Source: an uncultured Planctomycetia bacterium (GTDB taxonomy: Bacteria > Omnitrophota > Gorgyraeia > 2-02-FULL-51-18). Taken from it: DNA of 44,329 bases. Location of the stretch: the NCBI GenBank assembly GCA_964642015.1, contig CAZXLF010000009.1:1435-45763 (forward strand), read 5' to 3'. Numbering within the stretch: position 1 is the first letter of the stretch; every line of letters starts with the position of its first letter. A program made the translations under genes and the position numbers. Under the pieces are notes generated by a model, which saw nothing but the letters and a program-made list of their open reading frames with translations, did no database searches and was not told where the DNA came from. This document shows positions 1 to 9,400 of this stretch, piece by piece.

Positions 1-407
1 TTAAGACCCGGGATATTGGGCTCGGGTCTTGTTTGCCTACCTTCAAGATCGAAAAATCCTGGAGCTGTGAAATATACGGATGAGACCCGGTCGGGATTTC
101 CGTAGAATTGAATAATTTGGCCGATGGCATTCACAATCCTATTGACCACGATTGCCTCATGATCACCTGGCTCGTTGGTATTAACCGTTGCTCTGTAGCC
201 TAAGAGCCCATATTCATTGGCCGCCTCGAAAGAAATCGTACTTCCGCCGACCTTTCCAACGATCTTAATGGGTCCACGGTAATCAAATTTTATTCTTTGC
301 GCCAATCTCAGCAATTCGCTTGTTGAAAGTTCTCCATGATAAAGAGTTAAAAGTTTGACAGCATCGCTGATCTGTCCTTTATCCAGAGCGCTATTCACCA
401 AGTTATA
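1..407 (-). other. ROK-family (sugar kinase/repressor)-like module, truncated by window edge
   Basis: IVGKVGGSTI (cf. GIDIGGT), VYFTAPGFFD (cf. GIGAPGPVD), PNIPGL (cf. PNLPGW). Confidence 0.55.
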
Positions 408-3400
408 CGCTAAACGAGCACCTTCCGGCGTGGCTGATATTTGCGCGGTGAGTGATTTATACTCCGTGAGCTTGGCGCTTAATTCGGGAGTCAATGCTAC
501 CGAGCGAACGGCTTTCAGAGCCGGGACCAATACATTTTTCGTGATCGTATGAGTTGCGCGTTCTTCAGTAGAGCGGACCAATGCCTCAAACGCGTTATCC
601 GATAACGACAATATCTGAGCAACCGGGTGCTGCGCTGCTCTGACTATCTTGGTGTCTGCGGCACGCTTTGCACTCGACTGAGAATAAAGTCTGTCTATTT
701 CCTTGGAAACAGCATTTCTTTGACTGATAAGCTCTTCTTTTGGAGACGGAATCGTTTCCGTATCAAAACTAAATTGCTCCACAAGTTTCGCCGTGATCTC
801 ATCGGCATTCGGGTAACCAGAAACAACTCTCCTAAAAGCTGCGGTGAATGCAACCTTATCATTCGCCCTACCTCCCCTGATCTCTGCAAAAACCTGTCTG
901 GCACGCTGTCTTGCTTTGGTGCCGCTGATCCCGGCTACTTCGAGAGCTTTTATAAGATCGGCTTCTTTCGCATCACGGATATTTGGTTTCTCAGTAGAAA
1001 GTCGGGCGCCAATAGCTCCGACTACTGGTCTATTTTTCAAAAATTCAGCTAACGCTGTCATAAAATTCTGACGCACTTCCAGCACATTTTCTTCGTCCGC
1101 CAGGCCCGGTACATCGCCTTTTATTGCAAGCGTGTCGACTCCGCCTCTTTTTCTTTCAACGATCTGACTAGTCTGATTGCGATACTCTGCCATCCGCGCA
1201 TCAAATATCTGTTGAAATTTGGCCAAATCCAGTCCTTTAGTGCCAGGGATAATCGGCGCATCGGGTCTTTCTTTGCCCTGCGCAATATCATCGATAGCTC
1301 TTTGCTTGACACGATCGAACAGGACGCTTTCTTCGACATCCAAAATCGCATAAAGATTCAGTTTAAGCGGCTGGTCGTTAATAAATAATTTATTGGCGGA
1401 TTCTAAAACATCCAGCTGACGGGATGTGCGCGGAAAACCGTCAAAAACGATACCGTAAGCATTCCTATATTCGGGGAGCGCCAATACCGCATTGATGACT
1501 TTAAAAGCCGATTCATCCGACAAAAGCTCACCTTTAGCCATACGAGCTAATTCATCAGCTGAAATAAGATTGACAAACTGCTCAAATTTCTCATCGCCCG
1601 GTTCTCTTTTGTTTGAAACAATACGATCTATGCCTCTAAAGTAATTACCGATCACAAGCGTTACATATTGTTTGTTTGAAGGAAGCCAAGAATTGACCTG
1701 AGAAATGAATTCTCCGATCAACGTGCCTTTGCCTGCACCTGGCCGTCCGAAGGCCGTAATATAACGGGCCTTTTGAGAAAATTCCTTGGCCAATTGTGAA
1801 CTTACGCGTCCTCTGACGAGTTCGCTTCTTAAAATTCTAATGTCTCTCGGCGCGACGATCCGCACGCGCGGATAAACTCTTCCTCTGCCATCCGCATAAC
1901 GGCTGGCATAAAGTTGAATTCCGGGAGCAACTTGGTAGGGCACTTTTTCAGTGAGTTTGACGTTTTCTGTTATGCCGCCTTTTTTATTAATTTCGACAGA
2001 AATGGTAAAACGGCTGTGCGCACCCTTAATGTTCGTAACGGTCACTTCGATATCATTGCCTATCAAAAATGAGGTGCCAACTTCCCTTGCAAGCTTCAAT
2101 CCTGCAGGAACAATGCCTTCGGCAAGTCTTGCGCCAGATTCTGCAGCCTGTTCATATGGACGCAATGCATATCCTATCTGCTGCTCCACATGCGCGGCAT
2201 CAACGCCTTTTAGATTAGCGCTTAGACGCTTAGCAACGACTTGCGCCAGCTCACCCGGATTTATACCGGAAGATAGATTAGCGGGCACGATCACGATCGG
2301 GGTGCTGCTTGTCGTTTCCGTAACTTTAATACTAAGGGAACTCAACCCGGCCCTTTCCGAAGAAACTTTCTCAACTTCTACGTTAAAATCTCTTTCAAAT
2401 CTTCTAAACTGAGCGTTCGCATTTTCAGACAAACGTGCACCATTTGACACAAAGATTCCACTCAATATGTGGTCTGTATTTTGCAATACTCCCGCTTCAG
2501 CTTCTTGGGTTGAACCGCCAATATGAGGCGTATAAATAGCCCAGCGCTTGAGCTGCGCAGAGACAGGAACTTCATCCACGATATATTTAACATCAGGCCT
2601 TGTATCTAACAGCCTCCAAACCTGACTTTCATCCACCAGGCTTTCCCGATCAGGGTTGATTACCGCAACCAGATTTCTGTTTTGGATCAACGCATCAACA
2701 GCTTTCGCATCAATCAAACCTTTTGTTGTATCATTCAAGCCCGTGATAAGAATTACGTAGGTCGAGCCTCGATAAATTTGTTCTTTTGTGGTCACGGAAT
2801 AACCGGCATCGGTAAGTCGACGTCTGGCGGATTCATCGGATTCGCTTGAACGGGAATTGATCCTCACATTGGCTTTAAGCGCCTTGGCTGAAGACGCGAT
2901 CTGAAGTCCGATGTCACCAGCTCCAATAATGCCGACCGTCGCACCGTTTAATGATCTGATGGTATTTGAATCAATGTTTTGGAATAGCGCAACGGCCTTA
3001 GCTTTTAACAAGCGCTGTTGGGATTCCTCGAGACCTGCGGACTTCGAAGTGACGGCGCTTAAAAATGTCCCGGGAGTGAAAAAATATTTTGCCGGCGCTC
3101 TGTCAGTTGCCGCTTCAGAGCTTTGGCCCCTTAGAGCAGCGAATGCGATCGCTCTTAAAGTCCAAGCTGTAATGGATCTCGCCGAACCTTTGGTACCAAT
3201 AACTGTGATGCCTTTTTGAGTTAGAAGATCCTTACTTGCAGTGACATTATCAAGACCATGCCCTAAACGGACAACGTATCTCAGTCTAGGCAATTGATTC
3301 ACTAAATTATCATCCACAGTCGTAGCCGAACGAACCAAAAGAATGATCGGATTCAATTCAACAATCTTTTGTATCTTAGCAGCCTTATCCTTAATATCGG

Positions 3401-6400
3401 CCACACTCTGTACGCCAGAGATAGAAAGTTTGGTTACATCGATCTTATCCGCCGCAACAACATCCTCTCCTTTGATGGCAACAGGCTGGATGTTTCTTGC
3501 TTTATAAATTGCATTCTGAACGATTTCCCTTTGGGTTTGTGTATATTCGGCGGTGCGCAAATTATCTACATAGAATTTTGTCGCTTTATCAGTATTTCCT
3601 ACTACAAGTCTTTCAACCTCTGCGACATTGTCGGATTTGATAGCTGTTCTCAACGCTGCGTTAAAAACCTTATCTTGTTCAACTGCTAACCTCGCACCAG
3701 AAATTGGTTTTGGAAGCTCGATTTGAGGGACAACCGGCCCTTGTTCACTGGCGATCGCTTGGACGCGCTCGCCCTCAATGACGGGTATAGCAGCAGTGGC
3801 CCTATATTCGTTCTGTGCTTCCTTGGGCGGGGCAGGCACTTGATTCGCCAATCTCGCACCTTCAGATGCTTGAGTTAACTTAACGATCACGTTCTTCAAG
3901 TAATATCTCGCTGTAACAGTTCCGATCTCTTCTTTCTGGAAAGTTTTATCACCCTTAAGAACGGGCGACGTTCCTCGCTGTGTCTCAAATTTGACAACCC
4001 TTAAATATGGAGCGCTGTCCACATCCTTTGGAATGTAAATTACATACGAAAAAGATTCGGCCGGAATACTGTAAGCATCCGTATTTGGTAACTCAGGATT
4101 CTGACCAAGGTACACCAAATTTTCGAGCGGAGCTGTATGCACCAGGTCTGCGATATCCTGCATCGTGAGATTTTCTGGAGCGATCGCATTGACGCGTGCG
4201 GCCACTGACAAGCGCGCACCACCGGAAGGAGGTGGATTCGGGATCGCGCTCATGATCGCGATCGTAAGCCCGTGAGGTTTTGGCAGATTTATACTCTGAA
4301 GGTGGTAAATTTTATCCGCATCAAGCGGGATAACTTTTATCAAATAGCTGTAACGTTGTTCGGCTCCGGCTATCTTTTTGGCTTCCGCAACAGGAACGGT
4401 TAAATTTCCATAAGCGATCGTTTGGTAACCCTTCGACGAATCCAATAGATCGATGATTCTGTAGTAAGTATCTCTGGCTGAACGCCCTGGCCTGACTGAC
4501 GAAGCGGCAACCTTTGCTCCTTCTTGTTTCTGTCTCCAAGCGTCTGTTACAAAAGTATCTTGTTCCTTTATGCTGAGAACGCTGTAACCATACTTCTCAA
4601 GCTCGGCAACAACTTCATCCCTCGTAATTCTTTGGTCCGGCTTCTTTTTTGCATTAAAGGTGGTGACAATTTGGGCAATGCTAACCACGGGCGGAACGTT
4701 CGAGTTGTTCAGATCTGCTTTCAACTCGATAAGTGCCTGCTTTTCTGCTAGACGCGCGCCGGAAGACTTTTCACTTTTTGATGCATTAGCTTCCGCAAGC
4801 CGCTTACTCAAATCTTCGACCATTCTGCGGGCAAGATCTTGTTCGGGGCCAGGGGTGAGAGCCTTGATCTGCCATTTGCTTAATTCAGTATGGAGAATAT
4901 CGATTTCGTTTTCATCTGCTGCCAACCGTGCTCCCGCGACGGACTCATATTCTTTTTTAGCTTTATCGAGAATGTCATAAACCCAGGCGACCGTCGGTGG
5001 ATTTTCTTTTAGATCGGGATTTGCCTTGAATATCTGCTGGACGGCTTTTTTCTGCTGAACTTCCGAACGGTTTGTCTGTAAAAAGTTCTGAACGATCAGT
5101 CTTAGGGCTTCATTAAAACGGTAAGCGCCTGATACTTTGAACGAAACAAGTTCCGCTGCGACTTGATTTAAAAAGTTTCTATCTTTAATATCCTTGACCG
5201 CCTCGGCCAATGAAATTTCTCCGCTAAGATAACCGACCGCTTGGCTGAGAGCAAACTCGTTCTCGCGGACAAGATCCTGCATGCGGTCAAGGTTCTGCGC
5301 TACGCGGTCTTCTTCGGGAGATGACAAGCGTGCGCCGGAAGGTTGTCCGCCATTGAGTGGAGTTTTTGTGATAAAGTTCTGCAGGGCGGTCTTGTCCGAG
5401 ACCAGCTGCTGGATCTTTTCAGTGTTTACCGAAACTGCTATTAGATTGAGGTTGCTTTCGTTCCAGTCTTCTTTAAAAATTTCCGCATCGACCATCCGTT
5501 TTGTCGCTTCGCGATTGTCTAGTGTGGGAATTAAGTAATGCACCGTGCCTGCTTTATAGCGATAGATCAGGAATAGTTGAACAAGACTCATCAAGCGTTT
5601 TTTGCGGAATGATTCACTCGTTTCCTGATCCGTAACTTCGATGATCCGATCCAATCCCCTGACTTCGACAAATCTGAATTTGATCGATGCTATTTTGCGA
5701 TAATTCTTGTCGAAAACGTTCAGCGACATCTCATCGGAACCGATCTCAAGAGGCCGCATCTCCGCTGTGAGCGGACCCTGCACGCCATTCTGTTGTGCCC
5801 AGATATTAAGCCATCCTTCAAGCGTACTAAGCGGCACCTCAACCTGTGTCTTGTGCTGAGCAGCCGTGGATTTTCCGCCCATTGATTCTGTGGAAGCCGA
5901 AAGACCTGTCGCCGCTTTAAGTTTTGCGTCCGCAAGATTTCCACCCACGAATTCCTGTGGCCGCTGAGCGGGCAGATTTTCAAGCCTCAAACCTCTCTGG
6001 ACCTGAACAACTCCCCACGCGCCGTTCTCTTTGACAGCCCGTGAAAGCTGGGCAGCGGCCAAGGCGTCGGCCTGGTGACCACCATAAGTCGTGAAGTTGA
6101 AAACGTAACCGCGTCTGCCGAGTTCACGATTGTAATTTTTGATCTGTTGGTCGGTAAACCCAAACGCATCCCAGTTGAATGAGGGAGAAATGTTTTGAGC
6201 CAATCTCTTCTGAGGAAATTGAGCATGGATCGCGGATGCAAAGTGATGATCTTCGCTTTTATCATCCGGTACTCTCAAAAGATCCGGCTCTTTCGACTCG
6301 CGCCATATCAAATGAGCATAAGGCGCAAAAGACAGACCGCGCGCGATCGACATCTCGACGCCGCCAGTGATCTGATAATAACCTTCAACGGTCCGCGGCA

Positions 6401-9400
6401 GGCTCCAATCCCAGAAAATTTCAATGCCAAGTTCACGCGCTTGATCGCGGGCTGCTTTATTGTTGGGGGCTGTTTTCACAAATTCGAGCCACTGTTCGGG
6501 CGTCATTGTGAATTTTTCACTCTTTTCCATACGGCTTCTCATTTCATCCGCAACGGCCTCGCCATACGTCTTCATTCCGGCTGCCCGCACCCACGCCTCA
6601 TGAACTTTTTTCATCGCGTTATCAAGCGCCTTATCGGAATCAATGCCGCCCGGATTTTTCTCCGAACGCACCGTAGCAATAGCTTCATCTATAGCGCCTG
6701 AGATATTCTGCTCATCAAACCATGTGGACGCCTTGCGATAATCTGAATCCGCAAGGCCGAACATCTTGTCGGCTATCAATTCTTCCGCGTTTACGCCTTT
6801 TTCACGAAATCTTTTAAACACAGACAGGGTTACACTGGCATAAGTGGGCACGTCTTTGCGCGTTGCGCCTAGAATAAAACGATGATCGCGACCGTCTTCA
6901 TTGCTTGAAAGGAATGTTGCCTCATTAGCATCCGTGCGGGCAACAATGATCCCGGGTACACCCATTAGCGCAAATTGAAAAGCCGCCGTGCTCAGTCGGG
7001 TAATATGTGTCGAAGTGGAAACAAGCACTTTGCCGCCCTGGTGGCCGCAAACTTTCCGCTTGTCCTGGTCCTCAATATGGACTGCTCCGATACCGGCTTC
7101 CACAAAAAGACGGACAAGATTCATAAGCTGATGCTCGCTTCCGTGACCGTTGTCCGCATCAGCAATGATACGCGGTAAATAATCGATCGAAGGGGTTTTC
7201 TCAAGCTGTTCAGTCGTCATCTTAGAACGCACAAGCCGCTGGATCGCATCCTGTTGAAGCATCGCTCGAACGATCGCTTGCCCGTCTTCGGGAACAGTGC
7301 TCAGCGCATAACTCGCCGTATCCGCTCCCGGCACTTCTCTGCTCGAACCTTTGGCGGAAGTAGCCCATCCACCTAAATAGGCAATCTCAATTCCCTGTTG
7401 TCTTTGGATCACCGCTTCCGTTGACGTGTAAGGACCGTATGTGGAAACTTGGTCTTTACTTCTAAACTTTTCCCACAAAATTTGATTCATGCTTTCAGCG
7501 GCTCGGGTCGCAGTCGTGTATTCAGGACGGAGCGCGCCTCGCATTCTCACAACCTGGCGCGCATTGAACGCAAGCGAAAGCTCATTAAAACTCGAATTCT
7601 TAAGCCATTGATCTGTCTCTTGAACTTCCCGTTCAAATTGTTCAACCTCAGCGGTCGCTAACCTAGCTCCGATGGCTACCGTTTCACTTTTTGCTGTCGG
7701 ATAATAATCATAGACGTAGTCATGCGCGGCTAAAACTTTATCGCTCCACACACCAGCCTGAACTTTATTGACGACTTCTTCGCGTGAAGGGGCAAAAATG
7801 GCATCCAGAATATCCTGACGCTCTTTTTGGTCTGCTTTGGCAATAACAAAAAGAACTCGAGGACTGTGCTGGAGATACCGGCTAGACGCCATCTGGCGCT
7901 TTAAAACTTCCATGATCGTGTCTGCTTCGGCACGATTGAAACGCGACTCTTCTCCTTTTCTATCTTGTTCGGCAAAAAATGCCTGTGTCCATTCATTATG
8001 CAAATCCCACAACTGCTTAAATATTTCAGGAGTAAGAACTGTTCCCGCTTTGATCTCGATCCTATTCTCACCGGGGATCACGCCTAATTTTGGATCAAGA
8101 ACCGGTCCTTTAAGATATCCGTCTTTGGTGACTTTCGCTTGATGGTTGAAAGCTGTCCACATATGGCCGTTGAAAATACGGTAAGTGGCCAGATCATTCA
8201 TGAAACGGAGCCCTAATTCGTAGTCATCTATGGCAGCCGCATAATTACCGTTCAAAATTTGATAACCGTACTGCGCCTGCATGAAAAATTCATGCTGGAT
8301 ATGCTCGATCGTAAGCTCTCCTTTGGGAACACCGTAAAGACTGTTCCAAAGTTCGTCATTGAAAAGTTTTTCTGGCGAACCCAATTTTTCTTTGGTAACA
8401 ACCCAAGGAACGATCTTGCCTTGCGGATTCAAAAGACCAAGAGTCGTGAATAAATTCCGTTCGGCTTCGATAAGACCACTAGCAACCGTAGGAGCGACCC
8501 TTTTACCATCGACTTCTGTCCATTTTTCAGGCGCGTTAACAAGAGCTTGCAGATCATTCAATGCCGCACGGAGCGGACCGTTGCCTGCCGCGACGTATTC
8601 TTTGTCCGTTGTCGCTACCCAGCTTTGACGGTAGGCATCATAGATATGACCTTTAACTTGACCGCTCAAAATATCTTCCAATGTCGCTGACCGAACAGAT
8701 GAATCTTCGGGAACAAAGATAAGCCCAAGCAAACGTTCGCGAAGTTTATCGATCTTCATCGCACGAAGCGCTTTGGGATTATTTTTATAACGCTGATAAG
8801 AATCTGTGTTCGGATAAAGCATGACGGCCGCCATTCCGCCGATCGGTGCGCCATTCACCTGCTCACCATTTTTCGTACCCGCCATTACATTAAGCAGCGC
8901 ATTGATACGCTGATAAACCACTAAATTTGAAGAGTTCATATTGATGCTTTGCGGGTCCGGCCAAACAGCTTCGTCTTTCCACATTTCAATCAGGCTTCCT
9001 ATATAGTCCCACCGCCCCACATTCGAACCGATCAGGCGATCGCGCAAAACCCACATAATGACCGGCATGAATCGTCCGGCATTTCCTTCCTCATAGAGCA
9101 TCTCGATCTTTATCTCACCGCGCTTAAGACCCATGATATCTTCCAAAGTAGCCAGGAGCTTTGCAACGATCAGGGCCTCCTGAGGTGTCTGCATCTTGGG
9201 TTGATAATAATAATTGCCGGAACCGTTCTGTTTCAGTGCGCCGTAAGTATTCAATGCATGAAGTGCGTAAGCAATAGCGATGGCAGGTACCGGCTTGCCG
9301 TTGATCGTAATATAAGGATAGTTCAAATGCATGCCGGGAACACGCTGGATCGTTGTGGGACGTTCCTCGCGGGATTTGGACAAACGGTATTCGCGTTTTT

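Noticed and set aside
1-3. TAA on the minus strand at the window edge as the stop of the giant gene
   Set aside because: It is in a different frame; the giant frame ends with codon 3-5 (Leu) and continues.
1188-1202. DARMA as an extra linker motif
   Set aside because: It lacks the Gly and falls in the conserved adenylate kinase RLxxY helix.
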